A stretch of DNA of 64,000 nt from an uncultured virus (IMG/VR IMGVR_UViG_3300013372_001213). Lineage: Duplodnaviria; Heunggongvirae; Uroviricota; Caudoviricetes. Below the pieces are notes generated by a model that worked only from the letters and a program-made list of their open reading frames with translations, was not told the DNA's origin and ran no database searches. Below are positions 1 through 11,139 of the stretch, piece by piece. The DNA is taken from IMG/VR virus record IMGVR_UViG_3300013372_001213; one strand, 5' to 3'. The translations under genes were made by a program, and so were the position numbers. Every line of letters starts with the position of its first letter. Within the stretch, counting starts at the first letter, position 1.

Positions 1-1
1 T

Positions 2-1333
2 AAAGACACATGGTATGGTAGAATCTGGAATACAAATGACTTTAATGAATTTGATCCTAATAATCCAAACTTTACTCCTAAAAGATATGGTGGAAACATG
101 GTATCTCAGTTCCCTACTAAACAGTATGGAGGCTTACCTACTGCACAAACTGGTAAACTAGTTAATCCAGATTCTAGTTTTTTTGTACAAAAACCAAAAA
201 CTGTTGTACCAATAACTCAACAACCAATGGCTGCAGGATTTACTCAAGCTGCTACTACATCAGCTAATTTACCATTACAAGTAAATAATCCTGATTTACA
301 ATATACTCAACCTGGAGTACTTAGTAATTTAGCAGATTTTTCATTAGAGGTTTTATCAGCACCTCAAAAACTTGCTATGTTAGCAGGTACTGGTTTGTTT
401 GGAGATGAAGCAAGATGGGAGATGCCTTCAGAAACCATCAATAGAAACAACATGAATAAATTTGGGAAACCAAAATATCCATTTACAGCTTTTATGGCTG
501 ACTTTGTAAGTCCTAATTTAGTATATGGTGCAGTTAAAGCAGGTGCTAGAGGTGCTGTAGTTGCTTTTGAAAAAGGAGTTTCACATGCAGTTTCTAGAGA
601 TGTTGCTAAAGTTGCTACTGATGCATCTTTTAAAACTTTAAAAAGTTTAAAGTTACCACAAGCAGAAGCAGAAAAAATAATAATATCTTCTGGTAGATCT
701 GTTACTCCTAAAAGAATAGCTGTAGTAACTAAAGCTTATGAAGAAGGTACTGCAAAAGCTATACAGTTAGTTAAAAAGAAACCTGCACTAGCAAATGCAC
801 CAGATGCATTAGCTACTAAAATTTCTAATACTACCTTAAAATCAGCTAGTAGAGAAAACCTTAAGCGTACTGCAAAAGATGTAAAATATGAAATAGGCCA
901 AGGAGTAGAATATGTTTATGATCAATTTGGAAATAAAATAGTTAAACCTATTGTTAAAAAAGTAAAAGAGAAATGGCCAGAAGTAGTAAATGCTGCAGAA
1001 GCTGCATATGATTTTACTAAAGGAGCAGCTCCTGTTGTAAGACCTTTAGGTCCTTCTTTTGTTAAAAATGTGCTAGCTGCTAGAGACAAGTACAATGACT
1101 GGAAACAAGTAGGTGATAATGAATATGTAAATGTAAATTATCCTGGTAAACTTTACCAGATTAATAAGGATCAAACAGCTTATGAAGAAATTGATCCTAA
1201 TGTAAAAATTATAAAAAAACCTGCTAATACAATGACACAAACATCAGATATGACTGATAAAGAAGCTTTACAATCAATAGATAGTACACAAACTGTAGAA
1301 CCAGATTTTGAGGAACTTGAAGAAATAGATTAA
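2..1333 (+). CDS. Putative virion/structural protein, 5'-truncated by the window edge
   Basis: The frame is open from position 2 into the 98..1333 ORF. It carries KRYGG/KQYGG motifs and lies in the + strand virion operon. Confidence 0.6.
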   Translation, partial: KDTWYGRIWNTNDFNEFDPNNPNFTPKRYGGNMVSQFPTKQYGGLPTAQTGKLVNPDSSFFVQKPKTVVPITQQPMAAGFTQAATTSANLPLQVNNPDLQYTQPGVLSNLADFSLEVLSAPQKLAMLAGTGLFGDEARWEMPSETINRNNMNKFGKPKYPFTAFMADFVSPNLVYGAVKAGARGAVVAFEKGVSHAVSRDVAKVATDASFKTLKSLKLPQAEAEKIIISSGRSVTPKRIAVVTKAYEEGTAKAIQLVKKKPALANAPDALATKISNTTLKSASRENLKRTAKDVKYEIGQGVEYVYDQFGNKIVKPIVKKVKEKWPEVVNAAEAAYDFTKGAAPVVRPLGPSFVKNVLAARDKYNDWKQVGDNEYVNVNYPGKLYQINKDQTAYEEIDPNVKIIKKPANTMTQTSDMTDKEALQSIDSTQTVEPDFEELEEID

Positions 1334-1344
1334 TATATTTTATT

Positions 1345-3060
1345 ATGAAAAAAAGATTAAATGTACAAACAGGATGGTGGGAACTAGTGGATGCTAATAA
1401 TAATGTTACAAATCCTCAATTTAAAAAAGCTACATCAGAACAAATTTCTGCAAAACAAACTAGATTAAAAAATAATCAACCTGCTGCAGCTGCACAACCT
1501 GCTGCAGGTAATAATACAGGTGTTATTAACAGAATAAATAAAGTTGCTGCTAGTGTATCAGGAGCACCTTATTCAACTAAACAAGCTTTTGAAAAAGTAG
1601 GAATAGATAACTTAAATAAGTTAAGAAATCAATTTAATCTTAAAGATCAAGTTCTTGAAAAAGATAAATGGTTAGCTAGTGGTGATAAAAGATTTAAAAC
1701 TTTTGAAGATTATGTAAGAAATGCTGCTGGTGAAATGCAAGCTGCAGCTGTACAACAATATCCTGAACTTGTCAAAGATTATACTGTAAATAGAGGTGTT
1801 ACACCTACTAAAAAGCTAGCACAAATATTAGGACCTAAAGGTTATGGTAGAATTATAGGAAAAGATTCATCAGGAAAGCCTATCTATGATCTTTCTAATG
1901 CTGAATTAAAAGCTGCTATGCAAGATCCTAATACAAAAGTAACAGATGAAGATATTAATGAAGGATATAAAGATTATTTATGGCACTTTAGAGGTTTAAC
2001 TTTAGAAAAAGGAAAGTTAACAAAAGATCAATATGAGAAAAAAATGAAAGAGGCTAATATTGCTAAAGGTGATAGAAAGTTTTTTTCTGATGATCCCGCC
2101 AATCCTTTTAAATATACAGAGTATGAAATGGAAGATGCTCCTGTTGCACCTCCTCCTATAGTTGAAGATGATAAAAAGATTGCTAAAACAGATGATAAAG
2201 TTGTTGAAGATGAGAAAAGAAAAGCTTTTGAAACTAATACTCCTACTAACTATAACCTTCCAGAGAATGGTCCTTGGTGGTTACAAGATATTATTAAAAC
2301 TGCAGGTGCTGCTTCAGATTTAGGTAGAATTAAAAAATATTTACCTTATCAAGCTACTCCTCAAGTAAGATTACCAGATGCTACATTTTATGATCCTACA
2401 AGAGAAGCAGCAGCTATTACTGAACAAGCTAATTTAGCTTCCCAAGCTCAGCAAGCTTTTGTTAACCCTCAACAATTAGCTGCAGCTAATAGTGTAAGTC
2501 AAGGTCAAACTGCTAAAGCAATGGCTGATACTTTTGGTAGATATAACAACCTAAATGTAGGATTAGCTAACCAGTTATCTCAAGAAAGAACTAATATCAT
2601 GAATACAGCTTCTCAAAATAAAGCTAATCTTGATACTCAGTTATGGGATAAGTATACTATTGCAAACCAACAGTTTGATAATAGCAAAGCTAAAGCTAGA
2701 GAAAACTTAAGAGGTTCTTATATTGATGCTATTACTAATAGAGCTAACACAGCTAACTTAAATAGCTTATATCCTGAATATAATGTAGATCCATCAAGAG
2801 GAGGTTTTATTAACTTTAATCCAAATGCTGCTAAGATAAAATCTGCTGATAAATATAGTTATATGGATACATTATGGTCAAAAGCAAAAGTAATGGACCC
2901 TAAAGATCCTCAAGGTATGATGAAAATATTATTAAGTAAAGGTGCTAGTGACCCTCAAGAAGATGCATATAATGAGTATTATAATAGACTTAAAAAAATG
3001 AATGAAAGAGGGTGGAATGATTCTAAAAAATCTCAAGAAACTCAAGAAACTGAAGAATAA
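1345..3060 (+). CDS. Putative virion cargo/ejection protein (571 aa)
   Basis: Long ORF with an A/Q/N-rich helical C-terminal half and no Cys, upstream of the giant cargo genes. Confidence 0.55.
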   Translation: MKKRLNVQTGWWELVDANNNVTNPQFKKATSEQISAKQTRLKNNQPAAAAQPAAGNNTGVINRINKVAASVSGAPYSTKQAFEKVGIDNLNKLRNQFNLKDQVLEKDKWLASGDKRFKTFEDYVRNAAGEMQAAAVQQYPELVKDYTVNRGVTPTKKLAQILGPKGYGRIIGKDSSGKPIYDLSNAELKAAMQDPNTKVTDEDINEGYKDYLWHFRGLTLEKGKLTKDQYEKKMKEANIAKGDRKFFSDDPANPFKYTEYEMEDAPVAPPPIVEDDKKIAKTDDKVVEDEKRKAFETNTPTNYNLPENGPWWLQDIIKTAGAASDLGRIKKYLPYQATPQVRLPDATFYDPTREAAAITEQANLASQAQQAFVNPQQLAAANSVSQGQTAKAMADTFGRYNNLNVGLANQLSQERTNIMNTASQNKANLDTQLWDKYTIANQQFDNSKAKARENLRGSYIDAITNRANTANLNSLYPEYNVDPSRGGFINFNPNAAKIKSADKYSYMDTLWSKAKVMDPKDPQGMMKILLSKGASDPQEDAYNEYYNRLKKMNERGWNDSKKSQETQETEE

Positions 3061-3132
3061 ACACCAAATAAACTTTAAAAGTGTATTACTACCTCAAATA
3101 AATTTTGTATATTTAAAACATAATATTTTACT

Positions 3133-5955
3133 ATGGCTACCTACATAAATGGCGTTACAGACTACATTCCTCAAATACAACCTTTTAGACCTGACTATAA
3201 TTTTTTAGGTAACATCTTACAAACAAGACAAACAAGATATGATGCTGCTAAAAAACAGGTTAGTGAATTATATGGTTCTTTATTAAATAGCCCTTTAAGT
3301 AGAGATGGTAATATTAAAAGAAGAGATGAGTTTTTTAAAGTCATTGATAATGATATTAAAAAAATATCTGGGTTGGATTTATCCCTACAGCAAAATGTAG
3401 AACAAGCAGAGAATGTATTCAAAGGATTCTATGAGGATAAGCACATGGTATCTGACATGGTTAAAACTAAAAACCATAGAAATGAACTAGAAAAAGGAGA
3501 GAATTCTAAAAACTGTTATGATCAAGATAAATGTGGAGGTCTTTATAATGATCTTTCTATAAGAAAACTTCAATATAAAATGGAAGAATATAAAGCATTA
3601 TCTGATGATGAAGCTTATAATTTTGACATGGGTTCATATGATCCATTATATATTTGGCAAAAAGATGCTATTAAAGAAGCAAAGGCTTCAGGAATGAGTG
3701 TTACTAAAGATAAAATAAGTGGTGCCTATATTGTTAGAGATAAAAATGGTAAGCTTTTAGAAAATGGTCTTTATAATTTATTTGATCAATTATATAGCAG
3801 TGATCCTAGAGTTGCCTCTAACTATGATACTAAAGCATATGTTACTAGAAAAGAGGGTGTAAAAGCTTTATTACCTAAATATAATAATGATGAGAAAGAA
3901 GCTGAAAGAGCTTACATCACAGAGGCAATGAATCAAGGTATTAAAAGTTTAAATAAAAACTTAGAAATTAGTACTAATAATTTTGATCAATTAAATGGTA
4001 GACAAATAGAACTTGAAAATAAAAAAGGTGCTATAACTGATAAAGAAAAAGCAGAGCTAGAGGAAATTAAACAAACTAAAGATAGAGTAACTACTACTAA
4101 AAATAATATTCAATCAAAGATTGATAATATTAAAAATAACATGGATGAAGGTAATATGGTAGCTTTAATTAATAAAGCTGACCAATCTAAATCTGCTTAT
4201 TTTCAAGATTATGATTTAGATAAAATGGCTGAATCATTATCAATGAAGAATCAAGAAAGTATTATTGTTAAAGCTGATGAGATATACATGGCTAAATTAA
4301 ACAATGCTCTTGCTAAAGATTTAGAAAGATATAAAAATGATTTAGGTAAAGTAAGAGATGTTATTAAAAATCAACTTGATATGAAGCTAAAGGCTTTTGA
4401 AAAGTCTCTTGAAGGAAATGTTTCAGTAGAAAAAGGAGAACCACAAGTAGTTGCTGGCACACCGGGTAATACTGCAGATTTACATCTTAAAGAACATCCT
4501 GAAGGTGCTTATATGTTAAATAAAGAAAGTTCCACAAAAGGTTTTGTAGAAGTAAATAAAGATTCTGTTCCTATATTATTTAGTTTATTTAAAGCAGCTA
4601 AAGAAGCAGCTAAAAATGAAAATACAGGAAAAGGTGCTATTCAATATTTAAATAAAACTTATGGTAAAGGTAAGTGGGAGAATATGGAAAAAATAGAACA
4701 AGTTTCTTCTTTCTTTAAAAATAAATATGGAACTAATATTGGCTATTCAAGACTACTTGAGTCTAAAAAATTTATAAATGATAACCCAAATACTAGTTGG
4801 GGTAAAACTGTATTAACTAATAGTAATGCTCAATTAGCAAAATTAACTATAAAAAATAAAGCAAGTAATGCTGAAATAGAACTTTTTAAAGAAGGTCTTG
4901 CAAAAACTGTTTCAAAAGTAGGAAATACAAGTGATCCTGATTATGGTCTTGCAAAACATTTAGTTAATCAAAATGGTGAATTAGATTATGATGATAAACC
5001 AAGTGCGGCATTTATAAAGGCTTACTTAAAAAACAGACCTAGTGGTGATGAAGGTGATATTCAAGATGCTTTTGAAAAAGTAAAAAAAGAAGTTTTTAGA
5101 GTATATAATAGAACTGCAGGTACAAGTTTTGGACAAATAACTGAGATACCAGGTATAGAAGGTTCTGGAGGAGTTACAGGACATGCTATTCAATATAATG
5201 CAGTAGATTCTGCTGATGGTTTGTATCATGGTACAGATGTTAATAAAGAAGTATCTAGTACTATAAATCAAGCATTTGCTAATCCTGGAAAAGTTAAAAT
5301 GGTACTTGGAGATCTTAGTGCTACAAACTTTAATAAAAAACAAACACCTGAAGAAGAAGAGGGAGTTAGAGCTTTTTTTAGACAGTTTTATATAGACATG
5401 AAAAAATCTGATAAAAAAGATGATAAAAGACCTATCTATAGTTTATTAGCTCAAAATATAGCTGGAGATGATATTGCTCAAAGTGGTTTTACAATTATAC
5501 CTTCTCAAGCCTATATTCAAGAATATTATGCTAAAAATGAAAAGACTCCTGGACTAGTTGATCCTAGTATACTTATGACAGGAGCTTCTATATTTTATGA
5601 TAATAAAGTTATTAAAACTGATTTTACTAAAGCCTTAAATATAACTGATGTAGAAAAAATTCTTTCAAAAAAAGGATCATTAGTTATTGATGAATATAAA
5701 GAAAATGGTGGAACTTTAAACATAAATTATGATGAGTCAACAGGAGTGACATCATTTCAGCCAGTTTATGTTGTAAATACTGATAATGGTATGGTAGATT
5801 ATAAAGGTGAAACTACATATATTTCAGATATTAAAAATGCAAATGCACAAGTTGAAAAATATCTTCAAGGTTTTGAAACAAATAAAAATACAAATCTTAG
5901 AATAGATGAGGCTAATAGATTAAAAAATCAAGCAAATCAACCTAAACAAAAATAA
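3133..5955 (+). CDS. Putative virion cargo/ejection protein (940 aa)
   Basis: Long coiled-coil-rich ORF in the crAss-like cargo gene order; its only Cys form an internal CxxxxxC pair (KNCYDQDKCGG). Confidence 0.55.
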   Translation: MATYINGVTDYIPQIQPFRPDYNFLGNILQTRQTRYDAAKKQVSELYGSLLNSPLSRDGNIKRRDEFFKVIDNDIKKISGLDLSLQQNVEQAENVFKGFYEDKHMVSDMVKTKNHRNELEKGENSKNCYDQDKCGGLYNDLSIRKLQYKMEEYKALSDDEAYNFDMGSYDPLYIWQKDAIKEAKASGMSVTKDKISGAYIVRDKNGKLLENGLYNLFDQLYSSDPRVASNYDTKAYVTRKEGVKALLPKYNNDEKEAERAYITEAMNQGIKSLNKNLEISTNNFDQLNGRQIELENKKGAITDKEKAELEEIKQTKDRVTTTKNNIQSKIDNIKNNMDEGNMVALINKADQSKSAYFQDYDLDKMAESLSMKNQESIIVKADEIYMAKLNNALAKDLERYKNDLGKVRDVIKNQLDMKLKAFEKSLEGNVSVEKGEPQVVAGTPGNTADLHLKEHPEGAYMLNKESSTKGFVEVNKDSVPILFSLFKAAKEAAKNENTGKGAIQYLNKTYGKGKWENMEKIEQVSSFFKNKYGTNIGYSRLLESKKFINDNPNTSWGKTVLTNSNAQLAKLTIKNKASNAEIELFKEGLAKTVSKVGNTSDPDYGLAKHLVNQNGELDYDDKPSAAFIKAYLKNRPSGDEGDIQDAFEKVKKEVFRVYNRTAGTSFGQITEIPGIEGSGGVTGHAIQYNAVDSADGLYHGTDVNKEVSSTINQAFANPGKVKMVLGDLSATNFNKKQTPEEEEGVRAFFRQFYIDMKKSDKKDDKRPIYSLLAQNIAGDDIAQSGFTIIPSQAYIQEYYAKNEKTPGLVDPSILMTGASIFYDNKVIKTDFTKALNITDVEKILSKKGSLVIDEYKENGGTLNINYDESTGVTSFQPVYVVNTDNGMVDYKGETTYISDIKNANAQVEKYLQGFETNKNTNLRIDEANRLKNQANQPKQK

Positions 5956-5956
5956 A

Positions 5957-8900
5957 ATGGCAGAAGAAAGTATTTCTCAAGAAGCTGAATTAGATAAAGG
6001 AACTCCTGATTTTCAACAACTCAATAATCAAGCAATTAATGATATAAATGCTATTGAGACTTCCTTAAATTTGCCAGCCAGACCTTTTGCTATAGATGCA
6101 TATCAAAATGTAGCAGGTAATCCTCTTACAGGAAGTAACCCTGGATCTAGAGATCCAAATAATACATTTGATTTTATTAAAAGTTTAGATTCTAGTGTAG
6201 CTGCTGATACTACTGCAGAAAGTAATATATTGGGTGCAATGAGACCCTTTACTTATAATGGAGATTATGATGGGGCTAAGTTTGATAGATACCATTCTTC
6301 AGGTGCTGTTTATGATAAATTAGGTTTTTCTCCCTACAGAGATAATGAGGCTTTGTATAATGATAAGATGACCTTTGGTGATCAGTTTGTAAGAGCTGCT
6401 AAGCAATGGGATGATATGGTAGGTGTTGGTTTTATGTCAGGAATTAGATCTTGGAAAACAATGTTTACTGATCCATTAGCTCCAGATATTGAAGGAGCTA
6501 GAGATATGGAAAGAATCATGACCAATGCAGGTTCTACTACAGGAGGTATTGGTGGATTTTTTACAAACACTTTTTTAAATTCTGGATATACTGTTGGTAT
6601 AGGTTTAAATTTCTTAGGAGAAGAGTTAGCCTTAATGGGAGCTACTGCTCTTACTGGTGGTGTATTAGGAGCTGCTAATGTTCCTACAATTGTAGGTAGA
6701 GGGTTGAATGCTGTTAATAAATTAGTTGAAGGAGGTAAAGCTGCTTTTACAGGTTCTAAAGAAATGCAAGGTATCAGACAAATGGGTAATACCATTCCTG
6801 AAATGAAAACTTGGTGGAACTCTGTTGGACAAGGTGCTAGAGGTTTTGTAAAAGGTACAGCAAATATATTAAACCCATTAGACCAAACTATTGATGCATT
6901 AAGAGCTACTGATTATGCTACAAATTATGCCAAGGTTGCTAAAACTTTTGGTGCATTTGCAGATGATATGTTAATGATGAAAGGTTCTGTATCTGAAGCA
7001 AAGCTTGAAGGAGGTATGGTTAAAATTAATTTAACTGATGATCTTATTAATGCATATAGAGCAAAAGAAGGAAAAGAACCAGATGCAAAAGCAATGACTG
7101 ATATTGAAACTCAGGTTGATAAAGAAGCTTATAATGTTGCATTATGGAATTTACCTGCTATCAATACTACTAATAAATTAATGTATGCTACAGTATTCTC
7201 TCCATTAAAAAATATTATGGGTAAAGAAGGAGCTATTAAAGCAGTTGATGATTATATTTTTAGTAATAAAACATTTTCTTTATTAGGGGATGATTTGATG
7301 TCTAAAGGTAAAGCAGCATTAAAATCTTTTAAGAATCCTAAATTTTATGGGCAATTTGGTATGAACTATCTTAAAGCCAATCTTGCAGAAGGTGTTCAAG
7401 AAAATTTACAAGATGTTATTTCTAAAGCTGCTTCTGAACATGCAATGGCTTTATATACTAATCCTATTAGAGCTGCTTATGAAGGTTATATGCCTCATGT
7501 ATTAAAAGGATTTAATGATCAGTTTTCTGCACAAGGAGCTGAAACATTTGCTGGTGGAGTTGCTATGGGTTTATTTGCTGGGCCGGCAATGGGAGCAGTA
7601 TCTGTATCTATGAGTAAATTAATTAAAGCCTTTGGTACTAAAGAATATGAAGCTCTTGAAAAATTACAAAAAGAAGTTAAGTTAAAAAATGTAGAACATC
7701 TTAATTACTTGTATCAAAATGATATTCTTTTATTAGCACCAGATTTTGAAAACTCAGTAAGGACAGGTAATCTAGCTAATGATTTATATTCAGCTGCTAA
7801 AAATGGAAATAAAAAAGAAGCTCTTGATGCATTACAAGGTATTACAGATAACTACTTATTAACAGGTCTTCAGACTGGAAAAATTGATATTATAATAGAT
7901 AAGATAAAACAATATAAAAATTTAAGTAGAGAAGAACTTGTTGAAGCTTTTAGTAAATATGGTATCAAAGAAACAGATGTTGATAAAGCTTTAAGTAAAA
8001 TTGATGGTATTGTTGATAGAGCAGAACAACTTAAAAAAGATTATGCTGAAGTAGCTGAAAAATATCCTAGTCCTTTTAATCCTGCTAAGTTTTTACCAGG
8101 AACTTCAGAAAGAAGAGCTGCTGAAGTAGCCCAAAAAGCTTGGAAAACTGCTACTTATAATTTAGTATTTGCAAGAGCTACTTATACTGCTCATAGTAAA
8201 AGAGTTGCTGAAGTGGCTCAGATATTCTCAGGTATTTCTAATGACCTGGCTAAATCTGATGCTCAAAACTTAATGACATTACTTAGCCCTACATCAACTG
8301 CTTTTGAAATAACTACATTAAAAAGAGAGATAGCAGTATTAGATGAGTCTAACCCTGAACAAAAAAAGGTTAAAGTAGAAAAAACTAAACAGTTAGAAAA
8401 AGTAAGTGCTTTTTATGAAGCTGTAAAAGCTATTAAAGATGCTAAGAATAATGATGAAACACTTTCAGCAGAAGCTAATGCTAAAAAAGCTTTTGGAGAA
8501 TATGTTAAATTCCTAGCTAAAAAGAATGATAACATTGTATTCAATGAAGATATAAACAAGGCTTATAGTGTAGTTAAGGATTACATGAGTCTTAAGGATG
8601 ATATGAAGGGTCTTGCTGAAAGCATTAATGTATTAATGACTCCAGAAAACTTCTTTCAATTTCATACTAGATTAAATGAAGCTTATAAAAACATTGTTAA
8701 TAATAAGGGAGAGATTATTGAGGCTAATCAAAATTTAATTGAAAAAATTAAAAATATTCAAGCTTTTACTAATTTAGTTACTGATGAATCAGGCCTTACT
8801 GTACCAAATGAACTTGTAGAGGCTTATCTTAATGCTTTAGAATCAGGTGGAGAAATGCCTGTCCCTACTGCTTTTAAAAATCTTTTAGGAGAAGATGTAA

Positions 8901-11134
8901 CATCAGGCCCTAAATTTGATATTGCTCTAGATCTATGGAATAAGTTTATTGGTGTTACAGTTAAGCCTAAGGTTGAAGCTCCTGTTACTGAAGAAAGTAA
9001 AAAAGAAGAAGTTGCTAAAGCTAAAGATCTAGAAAGAAAAAACATTGAAGAGACATTAGCTGATATATTAAATGAAGAAGGTCTTGCTATTCCTAAAGAA
9101 TTTATAGATTACTATTATGATTCTACATCTAGAGGAATAATTGCTCCTATTCCTAGTGTTTTTACAAATGCTAGTGGTGAGAAAGTAACATCTGGAGTTG
9201 ATTTTGATAAAGCTATTAATAAATGGAAAGATTTTATTTCTCAAGTAGATATTAAAACTTTATTAATGAAACCTAGAGAAAATCTTACTACTGCTGAAGA
9301 AAAAGCATTAAGGTTTGGGTTACCAGGAAGTTCTAATCTAGAAACTAGAAAACAATTTATTGAAAAAAGAATAGAGTTATTAGAAAAACAAGCTGATGCT
9401 TTAGGTTTAGATGCTAATGAGATTGCTGATACTATTGAGTACTTAAATGGTATATTAAATACAAGTGTAGAAAGTACTACTAATACTATAAATTCATTAC
9501 AAAAACAAATTGATACTTTATTAAATACTGTTAAATCTAAAGGTGCTAAAAAAACTGCTAGAGGTGTTAAAGCTTTAGAAAGAATAGCTGAACTTAAGGC
9601 TTCCTACAGATCAGAGTTTCAACTATTAAATGATATAGCAGATAGAGTAAAAGAACTTGAAGAAGAATTAAATGATATAGAAGCTGTTAAAAAAGATTTA
9701 GAAAAACAATCTACTTATTATGGTTCTTTACTTGCTGATTCTAGTTTAAGTACTTATACAAGAGATGAATTAACTGCAAGAAGAGATAAAATAAATGGCA
9801 AGATAAATACTATAAGTAGATTACTAGATACTATTAAACAAGCTATTTATGATTCTATCAAGTATATTAGAGAACATGTTAATGCATTACTTGAAAGTGA
9901 TAAAAAACTTAAAACTTTTATTTCTGAAAATGAATATGAAAACTTCCAATATCCTAATATAAAAAATAAGATAGAGAGTTTACAAAATGAAGCTTTAAAT
10001 AATGTAGAAGCTATAGAGTTCTTAGAAGAATCAAAAGCTTCAGAAGAAACTAGACAGGCTCAATTATTAGATGCTTTATTAAATTACCAGGATCAGGTAA
10101 GGTATTTAGAAGAGCTTATCTATGATTATAAAGAAGGAGGAATTAAGGATAAGTTTGACAACATGACTCTTAATGCTAAAGAGGTTGTGGCTGAAAAACA
10201 ATCTAAGTATCCGGTTACTATCTCTAGAAAAAATGCTAGAATTGATAAAAGAATCAAAGAAGCCAAAGCTCAAAATAAAGAACTAAAACAAGCTGAGTCT
10301 GTGGTAATTACACCTGAGGTTAGTATACCAACTCCTACAGATTTAGAAACATTAAAACAAACTCCTGAAGGTAAAAAGATAGAAGAAGAAAGGAAAAAAG
10401 CATTAGATAGAGAAACACCAGTAAAAAATGAAAATATAACAGTAGATTTTGGTGGGAGCGTATCTGTTAAGTATCAGGTTATTACTTATAAAGATGGTAG
10501 TGTAAAAATTTCCACAGTTAGTGAAAAAGCAAAAAGATATAATAAATTATCTGATGAAGCCTTTAAAGATTATGCAAAAATTGACTTTGAGTCAGATGCA
10601 AAAGGTATTATAAAAACTGAGTTAGTTAAAAATGATTATACTGATAAGCAATCACAAGAAATAAATGCTGCTAAAGAAAAGACAATCAATGCTAGATATG
10701 ATAAAGAACTAGAAGCATTAAAACTTAAAGCTACTAAAAATGTAATAAGTGAATTGTCATTTGAAAACATGTCTCCTCAAAAGTTAAATGAGGATATAAA
10801 TTTAAAAAGTTTAAAGCTAGCACAGTCACTTGGATATGAAGTTATTTATAATAATAATGAGTATAAAATTGCAAATATTGGGACAAATTCAGTAACTTTG
10901 AAAACAGCTCTTGGTACAAAAGTGGTTATAAATGAGGATAAAATAAAGGGTAGTTTACAAATTATAAAACCAGGAGTAAAAGAAGCAACACCAGAGGAAA
11001 ATGAAATTATTAAAACTAATGAAAAAAATGTTGCAGAAAATCCTAAAGACTTTCCTAAAGAAGAAAAAGAATCCAAAAAGTTAACTGTTCAAGAATATAA
11101 AACATTATTTAAAAAATCTGTTTGTAAAGGATAA
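5957..11134 (+). CDS. Large virion ejection protein (1725 aa) with Gly/Ala-rich hydrophobic segments and coiled coils
   Basis: Hydrophobic segments ELALMGATALTGGVLGA and FAGGVAMGLFAGPAMGAV, an internal ~60-aa duplication, and a single Cys near the C-terminus. Directly upstream of the RNAP gene. Confidence 0.65.
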   Translation: MAEESISQEAELDKGTPDFQQLNNQAINDINAIETSLNLPARPFAIDAYQNVAGNPLTGSNPGSRDPNNTFDFIKSLDSSVAADTTAESNILGAMRPFTYNGDYDGAKFDRYHSSGAVYDKLGFSPYRDNEALYNDKMTFGDQFVRAAKQWDDMVGVGFMSGIRSWKTMFTDPLAPDIEGARDMERIMTNAGSTTGGIGGFFTNTFLNSGYTVGIGLNFLGEELALMGATALTGGVLGAANVPTIVGRGLNAVNKLVEGGKAAFTGSKEMQGIRQMGNTIPEMKTWWNSVGQGARGFVKGTANILNPLDQTIDALRATDYATNYAKVAKTFGAFADDMLMMKGSVSEAKLEGGMVKINLTDDLINAYRAKEGKEPDAKAMTDIETQVDKEAYNVALWNLPAINTTNKLMYATVFSPLKNIMGKEGAIKAVDDYIFSNKTFSLLGDDLMSKGKAALKSFKNPKFYGQFGMNYLKANLAEGVQENLQDVISKAASEHAMALYTNPIRAAYEGYMPHVLKGFNDQFSAQGAETFAGGVAMGLFAGPAMGAVSVSMSKLIKAFGTKEYEALEKLQKEVKLKNVEHLNYLYQNDILLLAPDFENSVRTGNLANDLYSAAKNGNKKEALDALQGITDNYLLTGLQTGKIDIIIDKIKQYKNLSREELVEAFSKYGIKETDVDKALSKIDGIVDRAEQLKKDYAEVAEKYPSPFNPAKFLPGTSERRAAEVAQKAWKTATYNLVFARATYTAHSKRVAEVAQIFSGISNDLAKSDAQNLMTLLSPTSTAFEITTLKREIAVLDESNPEQKKVKVEKTKQLEKVSAFYEAVKAIKDAKNNDETLSAEANAKKAFGEYVKFLAKKNDNIVFNEDINKAYSVVKDYMSLKDDMKGLAESINVLMTPENFFQFHTRLNEAYKNIVNNKGEIIEANQNLIEKIKNIQAFTNLVTDESGLTVPNELVEAYLNALESGGEMPVPTAFKNLLGEDVTSGPKFDIALDLWNKFIGVTVKPKVEAPVTEESKKEEVAKAKDLERKNIEETLADILNEEGLAIPKEFIDYYYDSTSRGIIAPIPSVFTNASGEKVTSGVDFDKAINKWKDFISQVDIKTLLMKPRENLTTAEEKALRFGLPGSSNLETRKQFIEKRIELLEKQADALGLDANEIADTIEYLNGILNTSVESTTNTINSLQKQIDTLLNTVKSKGAKKTARGVKALERIAELKASYRSEFQLLNDIADRVKELEEELNDIEAVKKDLEKQSTYYGSLLADSSLSTYTRDELTARRDKINGKINTISRLLDTIKQAIYDSIKYIREHVNALLESDKKLKTFISENEYENFQYPNIKNKIESLQNEALNNVEAIEFLEESKASEETRQAQLLDALLNYQDQVRYLEELIYDYKEGGIKDKFDNMTLNAKEVVAEKQSKYPVTISRKNARIDKRIKEAKAQNKELKQAESVVITPEVSIPTPTDLETLKQTPEGKKIEEERKKALDRETPVKNENITVDFGGSVSVKYQVITYKDGSVKISTVSEKAKRYNKLSDEAFKDYAKIDFESDAKGIIKTELVKNDYTDKQSQEINAAKEKTINARYDKELEALKLKATKNVISELSFENMSPQKLNEDINLKSLKLAQSLGYEVIYNNNEYKIANIGTNSVTLKTALGTKVVINEDKIKGSLQIIKPGVKEATPEENEIIKTNEKNVAENPKDFPKEEKESKKLTVQEYKTLFKKSVCKG

Positions 11135-11139
11135 ATATT

